Numbered from the stretch's first letter, positions 39,490 to 50,847 are shown. The stretch is 64,000 nucleotides of DNA from Thermoplasmatota archaeon (GCA_016928095.1 JAFGLL010000061.1:1181-65180); one strand, 5' to 3'. Made by a program: numbers and translations. Notes: generated by a model not told the origin, from the sequence alone.

Positions 39490-40148
39490 GGGTTCATCCC
39501 GAGAGCACCATGCTCGACCTTCAAGAGGTGCTGAGCACCTCGAGCAGGAACTACCTCATGATAGCACACAGAGCTCGATCCGATGATCGGATCCCCCTTA
39601 ATGATCTGTGCGGAGCTTCCGGAAGATGGGATGGTGTGTCCAGGGCCATCACCTCGGCCCTGTTCCTATCTCATTCAATGCGAAGGGACACGACCATCCA
39701 TATTTTGCTATTGGGTCCTGAGGATCCTCCCAAGCTCCTGTCAGTGAACGGTGAAAGGGTCAAGTATCTCAATCCTGATGAGAGGGCTGGAACGGCACTC
39801 ATGAAGAAATGCCTCTCCTGCTCACTTTCGCAGGAGAGAGGGGCCGTTGTCTTCCCATCACCCGGAATAACATTGGCAAGGGCAGGATTGGAAGATATAA
39901 TCGAGAGCTTCCAGGGAGGGCTGATGGAAATGGACGAAAAAGGTATCGAGCTGACACCGGACCTCGCCGGGTCCCTCCGTGGGAGGCCGATGATGTTCAT
40001 CCTGTCGGATGACCAGAACCTTACAAACGAGGAAGCATCGATCATGGAGCGGAGGCCCGGACAACGTTTTCGTGTGGGGGACAAGGTCCTGCATACACAC
40101 ATGGCAATCACAATAGTCCATTATCTGTTGGACCGGGCTGGTATATGA
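39486..40148 (+). CDS. trmY: tRNA (pseudouridine54-N1)-methyltransferase TrmY (SPOUT)
   Basis: 220 aa. LNDLCGASGRWDGVSRAITSALFLSH follows the recalled (from memory) consensus of the TrmY/Mja1640 family, ...L.DLPG..GR.D.......DAFFLSH. The likely true start is the internal Met (MLDLQ, ~39510). Confidence 0.7.
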   Translation: MRVHPESTMLDLQEVLSTSSRNYLMIAHRARSDDRIPLNDLCGASGRWDGVSRAITSALFLSHSMRRDTTIHILLLGPEDPPKLLSVNGERVKYLNPDERAGTALMKKCLSCSLSQERGAVVFPSPGITLARAGLEDIIESFQGGLMEMDEKGIELTPDLAGSLRGRPMMFILSDDQNLTNEEASIMERRPGQRFRVGDKVLHTHMAITIVHYLLDRAGI

Positions 40149-40205
40149 ACGATTGGGGGCTCATATATCCGATATCTTTTTGAACTCAGACCTTTTTTCA
40201 ATCAC

Positions 40206-43200
40206 ATGGCCTTTCGTGTCATGAAGACCTGGACGCTTCTGGTCATCACCCTATTATTAAGCGCACCTCTCCTGAGTGCGACTGCATCTGATGCCGGGTC
40301 ATCAGATGACGATGTCACACCCCCTTCAAGGAGCCTTGTGACGATCTCGAAGGAGCATCTTCGGATAGTATCGGGTGGGATCTCCCAGTGGGGCCCTCTC
40401 TGTTTCGGTATGGTCAACAGGACGACCGTGATAGAGGTGAGATTGAGGAATACCGCGGATGCACCATTCACGGGCATCGAGGTGAACCTGACGTTGTACT
40501 GGTATGACGCACATAAGGGTTTCTCTTTCGATAAGGGGCGGGTAATGTTCAGGGACCAGACACTTGCGTCACTTGGTCCAGGCGACGGTACCCTGTCGAG
40601 CGTATTGGAATTCAATTGGGTTCCCAGGTATGCCGGAGCTTACGTCATGAACATCACAATCCACCTTCCCGGTGACCCGAGACCATACACCGAAAGGACA
40701 CTTGTGGCCGGTATTCAATACAGTCTCGACCAGAAAACGATCACGGATGGCCTGTGGGTAGGAACGGACGCCTGGGACTGCTCCTCCATGGACGGTTGGA
40801 CATCGGAAGAGGACCTGGGTGAGACCGGTATGCGATGGCATGTCAGCAACCACACTCTTGCTCAGGGCCATGAGACACTCCATTCACCGGATACGGCATT
40901 CTGGGTAGGCAACGACACGACAGGTCTCTCACCCCTGACGGGAGTGTATTCTCTCATATCACCTGCATTGAACCTTTCCAGGTTCAATCCAGACCCATGG
41001 GACAGTTTTCTCGGCCTGAGCAGACCCCAGATCTACCTGCTCTACAAATACAGAGGTAACATGACCAGATCGTGTCCATCCGGTAACGGTGGTATATACC
41101 ACTGGATCAGATACGGGACAGATAGTGGGTGGGGAGACTGGGAACCTCTGCTGGACCCAAAAGGATATTGGGTGAACCTGACAGGCAACACCACCAATGT
41201 TATATGGGATGTATCAAAGAGACCCTTCCTCCAGGGGGACCTTGAACTGGTCGGTCTGGACCTCGGTGAATACCAGGGCAGGACCATCCAGCTGAAGTTC
41301 GAATATCATCCTTCCGGAATAGAGGAGACCGGGTATGTTATCGACGATGTTGTTATTATCGGCAAGGAAACGGTCAATATCGAACCTTTCGCTATAGGTT
41401 CGTACACGGACACGGTCCAGAGGTCGGACCCGGGAGACAGTGTACAGTTCGATATAACGTTGCTCTCCAAGGTCAAGGAGGGCGACGAACCCATTCCCGT
41501 CAGGATCGAGGCCATCGACGGATCAGGCTTTCTGGATATGGCACGCGATGTTCGGGTCGAACCTGGGATACTGCTTTTGAACGGAGATGGAGAGGACACT
41601 TTACCGGTAAAGCTCATCCTCTCCATACCCTCATCCTCCCCTTCCGGGGAAGGCTGGATAACGGTCCGTCTTTTTGGTGGGGGCCTGGTCCTGGACAAGA
41701 CCTTCAAGTTCAACGTCAACTCCAGACGGGACCTTGACCTGACGGTCGAGGGGATGGTCTCAGGGAGATTGGAACCCGGAGAACGATCACCTCTGGACGT
41801 CTCTGTCCATAACAAGGGAAATGTGGAGGAAGAGACCGATCTATATTTCCTTACGGGATCGGACCTGATCACGGAGGGAGAACTCACACATATCAAGCTT
41901 GGGCCTGCTCAACAATGGGAAGTATCCCTGCAGATATCCGTACCCACGCTATCTCGTGCAGGCGAGAAAAGGGGTTTTCTGGTCCTCTCGAGCTCCCCAC
42001 CAACCGCGGATGCCCTGGAAATGCTTCTCTCCGGGCAGTTCACTGATGATCGGACCGTTGTCGAGCTAGATTATTTCGTTGATCAGTTCTATCAGATCGA
42101 GCTAATAGAACCATCGCCCGCATCAACATACAGGGAGATAGAGGAACCCGCTCTCAATGGAACGGAAGATATCGAATACCATCTGATACTGGCCAATCAT
42201 GGCAATGGTGTGGACGTTGTGAGCTTCTCGAGCCTGGACTGGACGGAAAGAGGAGATATTATCCTGGTACTTCCCGAGAATTTTTCGATAGACCCGGGTT
42301 TTACCGATTTTGTCAAGATAGTGGTCAGGGTGATCTATCCGGTTCCAAGCGGGATATTCCAATTCAAGGTTATGGCCTCATCTGATGGTCCCGGTGGATC
42401 GACCAGCGATATCGTTACCCTGACATTGTCCATAGGCAGAGCACCGGTGTCAAGAGGGATATTCCTGGTCAATGGTTCCCTGGAACTGCAGCCGAGCATC
42501 ATCGTCGCTGGCCGGGAGGTCGTGATATCTTTCACGGTCCGGTCCTTCGGATTTCTGGAGAGCGATACCTTCAATGCGAACCTGTGGATCGACGACAAGG
42601 TCGTGCTGGATAGACAGTTCATAATATCGAAATATCAAGACAAGTTCTGTCAGCTATCCTGGAAGTTCGAGGAACCCGGAGATCATCTTCTCAAGATCAC
42701 CCTGTCGGAAGGAAAAGAACCGGGACCTGGTGCGCCGGACCTGGTCCTGACCTTGACAACGGGTCTTGTGGTCGGGTTCATTGATCTTAAGGTCATTGAT
42801 ATGGACCTGGTATCGGAAGGGGTGGGAACGGTTGGAACCAAGGTCCAACCGGGAAATTATGATTGTTCGGTCACCATATTGAACGGTGGGAACACCACCG
42901 CTGACCTTGCCGTCATGACCCTGGTGGTGCTTGACAGGACATCGGGAGTAAAACGGAACCTTACCATGAACGTTACGGAGATATCCCCCGGTGAGGTGAT
43001 GAACGTCTCTTTCAAGAACATCGTACTCGAGAAGGAAAGAGATTATCAGATGACCGTCACCGTTGAAAATAATGACAGATGGAAGGATGCGGATCCTGAG
43101 GACGACCTGAAACAGATCGAAGTGGAAGTAGGGTCCGTACCCCCGGAGGTCCCTTTCTGGAGGGACCCATATTGGAGTCTTGCGGCGTTCATTCTGATCA

Positions 43201-43250
43201 TGATCCTTACGATGGGTCTCCTCTATTACCTTCTCAGGCGAAAACTCTGA
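40206..43250 (+). CDS. Large surface protein with multiple CARDB-like domains, signal peptide and C-terminal TM anchor
   Basis: 1014 aa. Signal peptide [30 protein letters not shown]. Several CARDB-like segments ([39 protein letters not shown]; [22 protein letters not shown]). C-terminal [32 protein letters not shown]-like TCATATATCC ~35 nt upstream. Confidence 0.8.
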   Translation: MAFRVMKTWTLLVITLLLSAPLLSATASDAGSSDDDVTPPSRSLVTISKEHLRIVSGGISQWGPLCFGMVNRTTVIEVRLRNTADAPFTGIEVNLTLYWYDAHKGFSFDKGRVMFRDQTLASLGPGDGTLSSVLEFNWVPRYAGAYVMNITIHLPGDPRPYTERTLVAGIQYSLDQKTITDGLWVGTDAWDCSSMDGWTSEEDLGETGMRWHVSNHTLAQGHETLHSPDTAFWVGNDTTGLSPLTGVYSLISPALNLSRFNPDPWDSFLGLSRPQIYLLYKYRGNMTRSCPSGNGGIYHWIRYGTDSGWGDWEPLLDPKGYWVNLTGNTTNVIWDVSKRPFLQGDLELVGLDLGEYQGRTIQLKFEYHPSGIEETGYVIDDVVIIGKETVNIEPFAIGSYTDTVQRSDPGDSVQFDITLLSKVKEGDEPIPVRIEAIDGSGFLDMARDVRVEPGILLLNGDGEDTLPVKLILSIPSSSPSGEGWITVRLFGGGLVLDKTFKFNVNSRRDLDLTVEGMVSGRLEPGERSPLDVSVHNKGNVEEETDLYFLTGSDLITEGELTHIKLGPAQQWEVSLQISVPTLSRAGEKRGFLVLSSSPPTADALEMLLSGQFTDDRTVVELDYFVDQFYQIELIEPSPASTYREIEEPALNGTEDIEYHLILANHGNGVDVVSFSSLDWTERGDIILVLPENFSIDPGFTDFVKIVVRVIYPVPSGIFQFKVMASSDGPGGSTSDIVTLTLSIGRAPVSRGIFLVNGSLELQPSIIVAGREVVISFTVRSFGFLESDTFNANLWIDDKVVLDRQFIISKYQDKFCQLSWKFEEPGDHLLKITLSEGKEPGPGAPDLVLTLTTGLVVGFIDLKVIDMDLVSEGVGTVGTKVQPGNYDCSVTILNGGNTTADLAVMTLVVLDRTSGVKRNLTMNVTEISPGEVMNVSFKNIVLEKERDYQMTVTVENNDRWKDADPEDDLKQIEVEVGSVPPEVPFWRDPYWSLAAFILIMILTMGLLYYLLRRKL

Positions 43251-43354
43251 CCGATGGGTCTCAACGTACATCATCGGCATCGTTCCACTCCCATTCCCTC
43301 TGGTAAAAATTCATATACTGGGTGGCTCTTTGGTGTCTCTCCGATACCTGCCAA

Positions 43355-43370
43355 ACATATTTATACTACA
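43355..43370 (+). promoter_or_regulatory. Putative archaeal TATA box/BRE of the str (rps12) operon
   Basis: ccaaacATATTTATACTacatt lies ~45 nt upstream of the S12 ATG at 43411. GGAG sits 11 nt before that ATG. Confidence 0.4.
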
Positions 43371-43410
43371 TTCAAGTAACCCCGCAGGTATCCAACAGGA
43401 GTGTTCCCAT

Positions 43411-43839
43411 ATGGCAAAGGGACTGTTCACCGCCAGAAAGCTGAGAAAGGACGCCCAGAAGAAGAGGTGGAGCGACCGTTATTACAAACGACGTGTCCTC
43501 AAGCTCAAGGAGAGGTCGGACCCTCTTCAGGGTAGTTCACAAGCAAGAGGTATCGTCCTCGAGAAAGTGGGTGTGGAGGCAAAGCAGCCAAACTCAGCGA
43601 TCAGGAAATGCGTCAAGATCCAGCTCATAAAGAATGGAAGGCAGATAACTGCCTTTGCTCCGGGAAACGGCGCGATAAACTTCATTGACGAACATGACGA
43701 GGTCATGGTCGAGGGGATAGGAGGACGTCTGGGCCGTTCGTATGGTGACATCCCCGGGGTCAGATACAAGGTGATCAAGGTGAACAGCGTTTCCCTCGAC
43801 GAGATGGTAAGGGGCAGGAAGGAGAAACCTGTCCGATGA
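43411..43839 (+). CDS. rps12: 30S ribosomal protein S12 (uS12)
   Basis: Starts [41 protein letters not shown]... (uS12). The track ORF begins 81 nt upstream with non-homologous sequence. Confidence 0.9.
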   Translation: MAKGLFTARKLRKDAQKKRWSDRYYKRRVLKLKERSDPLQGSSQARGIVLEKVGVEAKQPNSAIRKCVKIQLIKNGRQITAFAPGNGAINFIDEHDEVMVEGIGGRLGRSYGDIPGVRYKVIKVNSVSLDEMVRGRKEKPVR

Positions 43840-43853
43840 TCGGAGGATTTGAA

Positions 43854-44828
43854 ATGGCCCCAAAGAAGAAGGAAGAGGTTGTCGAAAAAGCCCCCAAGGC
43901 CCAAGAGGAGAAGAGGGAAGAGGCCCAGAAAGAGGTCCCGGTGGATGATAAGGTAAAGGAAACCCCGAAAAAGAAGACCTCAAAAAAGACCAAGAAGGAA
44001 GAGGAGGCTTTGGAGAAACCCGCTAGGAAGAGAGCATCACCAAAGGCCAAGAAGGAAGAGGTCACAAAAGAACCTCCCGTCGAGGTGAGGGCCGAAGATG
44101 TACCTGATCTGCCGTCAGATGCCCCTGAGGGAACTACCGATAAAGCTCCGATGGAGGAAGAAGGGATAGCGAAGGAGGTTTCCGAGGAAACTTCCGAAGA
44201 AGAGACCCCCAAGGAGACCACAAAGAAGAGATCCGTCAAGAAACCCAAGGACGAGGGGCCTTTCCCCGAAGATCTGGTATTTGGTAGATACAATTCCAAG
44301 GAAGTGGTTGTGGAGGACCCCAGTCTGAAAGCGTTCATCAACCTTGAACCATCCTATGTGCCTCACTCAAGTGCCAGGCACGCCAACAAACCATTTCACA
44401 AGCACAAGATATCCATCGTTGAAAGGCTGATAAACAACATGATGAGGACCGAAAGGTTTACCGGCAAGAAGACGAAGAGCTACAAGACCGTCCTGGATGC
44501 CTTCCAGCTGATCGAGAAGAGAATGAAGGAGAACCCGGTCCAGGTCCTTGTAAGGGCCATCGAGAACTCCGCGCCGAGGGAAGAGGTCACCAGGCTCAAG
44601 TTCGGCGGAATATCCGTCCCGAAAGCCGTTGATACAGCTCCCGCCAGGAGGCTTGATATGGCCCTTCGTAACATCTCCATCGGCACTATCAAGGCATCCC
44701 ACAAGAACAGAAAGTCGATCTCCGAGTGTCTTGCAAGCGAGCTGATCGCAGCTTCAAAGGGTGACATCCAGAGCTTTGCCGTATCAAAGAGGGACGAGGC
44801 CGAAAGGGTCGCCAAATCGGCCCACTGA
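43854..44828 (+). CDS. rps7: 30S ribosomal protein S7 (uS7) with ~150-aa Lys/Glu/Pro-rich N-terminal extension
   Basis: The S7 core ([26 protein letters not shown]...[12 protein letters not shown]) occupies the last ~180 residues. It is preceded in-frame by a low-complexity KE-rich segment ([28 protein letters not shown]...[18 protein letters not shown]). GGAGG lies 7 nt before ATG 43854. An alternative ATG at 43836 overlaps the S12 stop. Confidence 0.8.
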   Translation: MAPKKKEEVVEKAPKAQEEKREEAQKEVPVDDKVKETPKKKTSKKTKKEEEALEKPARKRASPKAKKEEVTKEPPVEVRAEDVPDLPSDAPEGTTDKAPMEEEGIAKEVSEETSEEETPKETTKKRSVKKPKDEGPFPEDLVFGRYNSKEVVVEDPSLKAFINLEPSYVPHSSARHANKPFHKHKISIVERLINNMMRTERFTGKKTKSYKTVLDAFQLIEKRMKENPVQVLVRAIENSAPREEVTRLKFGGISVPKAVDTAPARRLDMALRNISIGTIKASHKNRKSISECLASELIAASKGDIQSFAVSKRDEAERVAKSAH

Positions 44829-44878
44829 GCCCAACCAAGGTGATCTGGAACCCGAATCAAACCAGCGAGTTGGTGAAC

Positions 44879-47080
44879 ATGGGAAGAAGAGAAGACAATA
44901 TCCGAGAAGCCCAGAAGATAATGGACAAGCCCAGTTACATCAGGAACATAGGCATAGCCGCGCATATCGACCACGGAAAGACCACTCTCTCCGATAACCT
45001 CATCGCGGGTGCCGGAATGATGTCGGAGGAACTTGCAGGGAAGCAGCTACTCCTGGATTTCGACGAGCAGGAGCAGGCAAGGGGCATCACAATAAACTCT
45101 GCCAATGCGTCCATGGTCCATACCTACAAGGGAGAGAACCATCTCATCAATCTTATCGACACACCGGGTCATGTGGACTTCGGTGGGGATGTGACAAGGG
45201 CGATGAGGGCAGTTGATGGATGTGTTATCGTCTGCTGTGCTGTGGAGGGAGTTATGCCCCAGACGGAGACCGTGATCAGGCAGGCCCTGAAAGAGAAGGT
45301 CAAACCGGTGCTCTTCATCAACAAGGTGGACAGGTTGATCAACGAGCTGAAGGTAACACCCGAGGAGATGCAGAAGAGGTTCGTTAAGATAATCAAACAG
45401 GTCAACGACCTGGTCACGAAAGTGGTCCCCCAGGAATTCAGGGGAAAATGGTTCATGTCCCCGGAGAGTGGGACGGTCGCTTTTGGTTCAGCATATCATA
45501 ATTGGGCAATTTCCGTTCCCTACATGCAGAAGCAGGGAGTCACTTTCAAGGACATATATGACTATCTCAACCAGGGAAGGCAGAAAGAGTTGCTAAAGAA
45601 GGCGCCTCTTCACCAGGTCCTGCTGGATATGATCATCATGCATCTTCCGAACCCCGTCGAGGCTCAGAAGTACAGGATCCCTCATATCTGGCATGGCGAC
45701 GAGGGATCGGAGATCGGAAAGGCAATGGTACACTGTGATCCCCGTTCCATACCTGTCATGATGGTCACCAAGATCATCATCGACCCCCACGCGGGAGAGA
45801 TCGCCTCTGGCAGGTTGTTCTCGGGTACCGTGGAAAGGGGCCAGGAGCTCTTTGTCATAGGTATGCCCGGTAATGCAAGGGCACAGGCCGTATCCGTGGC
45901 GGTGGGTCCGGACAGGATACCCGTGGAGAAGGCGATAGCCGGCAATATCGTGATGGTATCGGGTCTGAGATCTGCCATAGCCGGGTCCACGGTCTCGGGC
46001 GACCCCGATATCGACGCCTTTGAAAAGATCGTACACGTTTCGGAACCTGTGGTCACCGTTGCGGTCGAGGCCAAGCACATGAAGGACCTACCAAAACTGG
46101 TCGAGGTCCTGCGTATGCTCGCAAAGGCCGATCCTTCGTTAAGGGTCGAGATCAACCAGGAGACCGGAGAACATCTGCTGTCCGGGATGGGTGAGCTACA
46201 TCTGGAGATAACAGAATACAGGATACAGAAGGAGCAGGGGATAGAGGTCAAGACCTCCCCACCCATCGTGGTCTATCGGGAGACGATAATGAAACGATCC
46301 CAGAGAGAGTTCGAGGGTAAATCACCCAACAAGCACAACAGGTTCTATTTCCTGGTCGAACCTCTTCCGGAAGCGGTCGTGAACGCTATCAGGTCCGGAG
46401 AGATACCCTCTGACGAGAGGATCAAGGACGCAAAGGCCATGGCCAAACAGCTGGAAGGTCTGGGTATGGAAAAGGAGGATGTGAAACATGTCTACTGGAT
46501 ATCGGGTTCCAATATCTTCCTCAACTGCACCAAAGGTATCCAGTACCTCCATGAGACCAGAGAGCTTCTCATCGACAGCTTCAAAGAGGCAATGACCAAG
46601 GGTCCAAGGGCCTGGGAGCCCTGCATGGGCGTATGCGTGAAGCTGATGGACGCAAAGCTCCACGAGGATGCCATCCACAGGGGTCCGGGACAGGTCATAC
46701 CTGCTGGCAGGTCCGGGATATACGGGGCCATGGTCGAAGCCGGAACGACACTTCTGGAACCCAAACAGAAGATCTTCGTGACGGTCCCCAATGAACTGAT
46801 GGGAGGTGTGAACCGGGAACTGAATTCCAGGAGATGCACCATTGAGGACATGCCGATGGAGGGTGACCAGGTCACCATCATCGCTGCTGCTCCCGTATCC
46901 GAGCTCTTCGGTTTCGCCGGGGCAATACGGGGAGCAACTCAGGGGAGGGCACTATGGACCACCGAATTCCTTGGTTTCACCCCCATACCCAGGGAGCTCC
47001 TTGATAATGCGACCCGTGAGATAAGGACAAGGAAGGGTTTGAAACCTGAACCCCCCACTGCAGATTACTATTCAGCCTAG
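44879..47080 (+). CDS. fusA: Elongation factor 2 (aEF-2)
   Basis: Starts [36 protein letters not shown]. The diphthamide-region HRGPGQ is present. The track ORF begins 39 nt upstream. Confidence 0.9.
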   Translation: MGRREDNIREAQKIMDKPSYIRNIGIAAHIDHGKTTLSDNLIAGAGMMSEELAGKQLLLDFDEQEQARGITINSANASMVHTYKGENHLINLIDTPGHVDFGGDVTRAMRAVDGCVIVCCAVEGVMPQTETVIRQALKEKVKPVLFINKVDRLINELKVTPEEMQKRFVKIIKQVNDLVTKVVPQEFRGKWFMSPESGTVAFGSAYHNWAISVPYMQKQGVTFKDIYDYLNQGRQKELLKKAPLHQVLLDMIIMHLPNPVEAQKYRIPHIWHGDEGSEIGKAMVHCDPRSIPVMMVTKIIIDPHAGEIASGRLFSGTVERGQELFVIGMPGNARAQAVSVAVGPDRIPVEKAIAGNIVMVSGLRSAIAGSTVSGDPDIDAFEKIVHVSEPVVTVAVEAKHMKDLPKLVEVLRMLAKADPSLRVEINQETGEHLLSGMGELHLEITEYRIQKEQGIEVKTSPPIVVYRETIMKRSQREFEGKSPNKHNRFYFLVEPLPEAVVNAIRSGEIPSDERIKDAKAMAKQLEGLGMEKEDVKHVYWISGSNIFLNCTKGIQYLHETRELLIDSFKEAMTKGPRAWEPCMGVCVKLMDAKLHEDAIHRGPGQVIPAGRSGIYGAMVEAGTTLLEPKQKIFVTVPNELMGGVNRELNSRRCTIEDMPMEGDQVTIIAAAPVSELFGFAGAIRGATQGRALWTTEFLGFTPIPRELLDNATREIRTRKGLKPEPPTADYYSA

Positions 47081-47105
47081 AGATACGGTACGATGAACAT
47101 CAAAC

Positions 47106-47148
47106 GTTAAATATGAGTAGCAAATAAGGGAACAATCCGAGTAGGAGG
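47106..47148 (+). promoter_or_regulatory. Putative TATA element and Shine-Dalgarno site upstream of tuf
   Basis: GTTAAATATG at 47106-47115 and AGGAGG at 47143-47148, 7 nt before ATG 47156. Confidence 0.4.
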
Positions 47149-47155
47149 AAATGTA

Positions 47156-48433
47156 ATGGCATCTGAAAAACCCCATATGAACCTCGTATTCATCGGTCAC
47201 GTCGACCATGGGAAATCAACCTCAGTTGGGAGGATCCTCCTGGATACGGGGCATGTAGATAAGCATCTGATAGACAAATACAGGAAGGAAGCCGAAAGCA
47301 AGGGCAAGGGTTCCTTCGAATTCGCTTGGGTGATGGATAACCTCAAGGAGGAGAGGGAGCGAGGCGTTACGATAGATGTAGCCCACAAGAAGTTCACCTC
47401 GGACAAATACTATTTCACCATCATCGACGCGCCCGGTCATAGGGACTTCGTCAAGAACATGATCACCGGGACATCCCAGGCCGACGCGGCCGTTCTTGTG
47501 GTAGCAGCTCCTGAAGGTATCATGGCCCAGACCAAGGAGCACGTGTTCCTTGCCAAGACCCTGGGTGTGAACCAGATCATCATCAATATCAACAAGATGG
47601 ACGCCACGAAACCCGGATATGACCAGGCAAGGTTCAACCAGGTGAAAGAGGATGTGAGCAAGCTTCTGAGGATGGTCGGATACAAGGAGGACATGATCCA
47701 GTACGTTCCAACCTCGGCCTTCCTGGGCGATAATGTCGTCACCAGGTCCGACAAGATGGCATGGTGGACCGGACCAACTCTTCTACAGTGCCTGGACAAC
47801 CTGCAGGTCCCGCAGAAGCCAACAGAGCTCCCGCTCAGGCTTCCGGTCCAGGACGTTTACACCATAACCGGCATAGGGACTGTCCCTGTTGGAAGGATCG
47901 AGACCGGTGTGCTGAAGGTCGGTGACAATGTAGTGTTCTCCCCCTCCGGGGCAACAGGAGAGGTGAAGACCATCGAGATGCACCACGAGACCATGCCCAA
48001 GGCAGAGCCTGGCGACAACGTCGGGTTCAACGTCAGAGGTGTCGGTAAGAACGATATAAGGAGGGGTGACGTCTGCGGTACGGCCTCATCGAAGCCTACC
48101 GTGGCAAAGACCTTCACCGCCCAGATAGCCGTTCTCCAGCATCCCTCTGTCATTGCGGTCGGTTATACTCCGGTATTCCACCTGCACACAGCCCAGGTTG
48201 CATGCACCTTCGAAGAGATATTGAAGAAATTGGACCCCAAGACCGGTCTGGTGAAGGAGGAGAACCCCGACTTCATCAGGACTGGTGACATCGCGATCGT
48301 CAAGATCAGGCCCACAAGGCCTCTGGTCATCGAGAAGGTCAAGGAGATACCGCAGCTCGGCAGGTTCGCCATAAGGGATATGGGGACCACCGTGGCAGCC
48401 GGTATGTGTCTTGATATCGAGAAGAAGGAGTAG
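47156..48433 (+). CDS. tuf: Elongation factor 1-alpha (aEF-1alpha)
   Basis: 425 aa. [18 protein letters not shown] GTPase motifs. Reads like my recollection of Thermoplasma EF-1alpha over its full length (from memory, not an alignment). Confidence 0.95.
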   Translation: MASEKPHMNLVFIGHVDHGKSTSVGRILLDTGHVDKHLIDKYRKEAESKGKGSFEFAWVMDNLKEERERGVTIDVAHKKFTSDKYYFTIIDAPGHRDFVKNMITGTSQADAAVLVVAAPEGIMAQTKEHVFLAKTLGVNQIIININKMDATKPGYDQARFNQVKEDVSKLLRMVGYKEDMIQYVPTSAFLGDNVVTRSDKMAWWTGPTLLQCLDNLQVPQKPTELPLRLPVQDVYTITGIGTVPVGRIETGVLKVGDNVVFSPSGATGEVKTIEMHHETMPKAEPGDNVGFNVRGVGKNDIRRGDVCGTASSKPTVAKTFTAQIAVLQHPSVIAVGYTPVFHLHTAQVACTFEEILKKLDPKTGLVKEENPDFIRTGDIAIVKIRPTRPLVIEKVKEIPQLGRFAIRDMGTTVAAGMCLDIEKKE

Positions 48434-48445
48434 ATATTCCACGGT

Positions 48446-48775
48446 ATGAACGGAGGAATGGGATTGGTTGCAAAGGCCAGAATATCATTGACGGGCACTG
48501 ATGCGAAGTCTCTCGACGGCGTCTGCAGCCAGATAAAGCAGATATCGGAGAGGACCGGGGTCAATCTCTCCGGACCGATCCCACTCCCCACGAAAAGGCT
48601 TGTGGTACCCTGCAGGAAATCCCCGGACGGTGAAGGGTCCGAGACCTGGGACCGATGGGAGATGAGGGTGCACAAGAGGCTGATATATCTCGACGCTGAC
48701 GACCGGGCTCTGAGGTCTCTCATGAGGATCAAGGTCCCCGATGATGTCAATATCGAGATCGTGCTGAGAAGCTGA
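48446..48775 (+). CDS. rps10: 30S ribosomal protein S10 (uS10)
   Basis: ...[74 protein letters not shown]. The real start may be the second Met (48458). Confidence 0.85.
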   Translation: MNGGMGLVAKARISLTGTDAKSLDGVCSQIKQISERTGVNLSGPIPLPTKRLVVPCRKSPDGEGSETWDRWEMRVHKRLIYLDADDRALRSLMRIKVPDDVNIEIVLRS

Positions 48776-49015
48776 GGACCTCCTACTCAAGTCCCCTGGC
48801 TTCTCCATTTTTCCTTTTTTTGTATATCGATAGCCTTAAGCATCCACTCCCGACCGTGTGGAAGGTCTCGTTGTCGGGAAGAATGAAGATCCCCGGTGGG
48901 CCGTTTCCTTCACGGGCAGCAGGAAAGCTCCATTATAATGATAGTTGCATTGCCAGGTTCTCCCAGGGCCTTTGACATCAACAACGATGACTTTCATGTC
49001 ACACGTTCCTGTGAA

Positions 49016-49720
49016 CTACATGACCTCGCCGCAGAATGTGCAGAACTGGTGCTCGCTGACGTTCATGCGGCCACAATGTGGACACTTTACTCTGTTATGA
49101 TCCTTTTTCAATGTCATGTGGTCGTAGGGTCCGACCTCTTCGACCTCCTCTAACTCTTCCAGTTCCACATATTCCGCTTCGTCCTCCCAGGTGTGTTCCT
49201 TGAGCGCCCATTTCTTCACTTCCTTCAGACCTGAGACACCGGCCGGGGGCAGGGCCATCAATATCTTCATCCCCCGTCTGGTAAGACACTTGTGGATATA
49301 GACACCTTCATCCCTGTCCACTATCCCCCGCAGTTCTCCCCGGGCTATCATGTTCTCCAGGGTCTTGGTGATCTCATCGACTCCGCAAACACCCACGCGG
49401 GCAAGGTATTCCAGGGGTATCCTCTCATTGTTGCTGACCTTCGAGTGATAGAGGAAGAAGACCATCTTGTACCGCAGGTCCTTCCATTTCATGTCCATCA
49501 TCCAGAAGGCGACCCAAAGGACAGAAAAGATCAGAGCTATCAGACCGGTGATCATTATCAGTATCCAGCCGATCGTTTCATCCACGAAGAAGACCGAGAC
49601 ATCCCTCAGAGCCTCTGCACCGAAGAATCCCAGCATGAAGATGGTCAGGAATGTGAGGAACAGAACGAGGAATATCCCGGTGATGAGATGGATCGTGACC
49701 CTTGCTCCTCGTCCTATCAA
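49016..49720 (-). CDS. Membrane protein: 3 N-terminal TM helices, cytoplasmic winged-helix-like domain, C-terminal zinc ribbon
   Basis: 234 aa. Hydrophobic N-terminal third, wHTH-like IPLEYLARVGVCGVDEITKTLENMIARGELRGIVDRDEGVYIHK, C-terminal CPHCG...CTFCG. A 9-bp inverted repeat (49757-49791) lies in its upstream region. Confidence 0.5.
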   Translation of the reverse strand: MIGRGARVTIHLITGIFLVLFLTFLTIFMLGFFGAEALRDVSVFFVDETIGWILIMITGLIALIFSVLWVAFWMMDMKWKDLRYKMVFFLYHSKVSNNERIPLEYLARVGVCGVDEITKTLENMIARGELRGIVDRDEGVYIHKCLTRRGMKILMALPPAGVSGLKEVKKWALKEHTWEDEAEYVELEELEEVEEVGPYDHMTLKKDHNRVKCPHCGRMNVSEHQFCTFCGEVM

Positions 49721-49841
49721 GATGATCCATCAAGTATCTAGCTTTTTGTTATTTATCCCTGTTGACGGAATATCATCAAACGGGTCAACAGGATGACCTT
49801 TTAAGAGAGAGATAGAAAAAGCAGCATTGATCGATGAAAAG

Positions 49842-49867
49842 AAAATGGCGCAGAGGAGGGGATTCGA
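49842..49867. repeat. 26-bp exact direct repeat of the tRNA-Ser 3' end (aaaatggcgcagaggaggggattcga), second copy at 50000-50025 inside/abutting the tRNA
   Basis: Identical 26-mers at 49842-49867 and 50000-50025, with sequences diverging immediately after. Consistent with an att-core-like duplication of a tRNA 3' end. Confidence 0.6.
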
Positions 49868-50003
49868 TCTTAGGAAAATTCCTTTGGAATTTCCCTGACC
49901 TGTAACTTTCGCGATAAGGAAACACGAAAGTTCCAGGACCAAGGTTCAAATCCCATCCGCGGTTTCTATCTACAATTGATGATCATTTGGGATCGATAGA
50001 AAA

Positions 50004-50092
50004 TGGCGCAGAGGAGGGGATTCGAACCCCCGAGGGCTGTTGCCCACCGGATTTCAAGTCCGGCGCCGTGGGCCGAGCTTAGCTACCTCTGC
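50004..50092 (-). tRNA. tRNA-Ser (anticodon TGA), class II with long variable arm, CCA encoded
   Basis: Minus strand: GCAGAGG-TA-GCTAAGCTCGGCCCACGGC-G-CCGGA-CTTGAAA-TCCGG-TGGGCAACAGCCCTC-GGGGG-TTCGAAT-CCCCT-CCTCTGC-G-CCA. A TATA-like TTATAT lies ~33-38 nt upstream on the minus strand. Confidence 0.85.
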
Positions 50093-50252
50093 AAAGAAGT
50101 AATTCAGCGAATGCAGAGGTGGCATATAAGGCCCACGGCCCACCGGGAGATGTTTCCCGGTATGTTGGCCACTGATCGTTGCTTTGCAGCCACCCTTATT
50201 CATCTCCCCCATACATGTCAAGGAGATCGCGGTCCTTTCCATGTGAAGGGGT

Positions 50253-50684
50253 TCATGATAGGACAAGAGCGTGGTGGAAGATCTCCACCATCCTGTTGGT
50301 ATTATGGAAATAACGGTAAGCGTTCTGCACATCGGCCAGTTCGCCTCTGTCCAGCCACAGGCCTTCGCAGGTGAGGCACAGATCGACCTTGACGTCGTAT
50401 AGGAGTCTTGTCTCCATGACCCCCCCGCATCTGGGACATGCAATGTCCTGCTCATCATCGGTGTAGGTATTGAAGGGCAATCCCTCTCTTCGTGCAATGT
50501 CGTCAAGCAGGGAGTCAAGCTCATATCTGTCGAACCAGTATCCCCCGCATTCCTGGCAGTGGTCGACCATCACGGAATAATTGGCCTTGCAGATGATCAC
50601 CTGAAGCATCTCCTTTCCGCATCTCGGGCAATCGATCTTCTTCTCGATGTCCATTCCAGATGATATTTTGGAGTCTGAATTCAA
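50253..50684 (-). CDS. Tandem zf-TFIIB-type zinc-ribbon protein
   Basis: 143 aa. Two repeats of CPRCG...C.ECGG.W.D..EL, the zf-TFIIB-like CxxC..CxxCxGxWxDxxEL pattern. Confidence 0.5.
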   Translation of the reverse strand: MNSDSKISSGMDIEKKIDCPRCGKEMLQVIICKANYSVMVDHCQECGGYWFDRYELDSLLDDIARREGLPFNTYTDDEQDIACPRCGGVMETRLLYDVKVDLCLTCEGLWLDRGELADVQNAYRYFHNTNRMVEIFHHALVLS

Positions 50685-50847
50685 ACGATCACCTCTCAGA
50701 CGATCGATCTACATATGGGAATCAGTATATTTTAACACTCCCCTCTAATTTCATGGGGTGAAGGGTCTCCTAATTTATCTAGGAATGTACAACAATTGAA
50801 CAGTTTTTTATCTGATAAAGGGCTACTTCCCATGTTTTCGATGAGGT

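Noticed and set aside
43330-43410. Upstream 27-codon extension of the S12 ORF in the track
   Set aside because: uS12 homology begins exactly at MAKGLF (43411), and the extension would overlap the promoter/TATA element.
49930-49960. Possible plus-strand tRNA (T-loop-like GGTTCAAATCC followed by CATCCGC)
   Set aside because: No complementary 5' acceptor strand (GCGGATG) occurs within 100 nt upstream on that strand, and the T-stem does not pair. It is more likely a tRNA-derived fragment within the repeat region.
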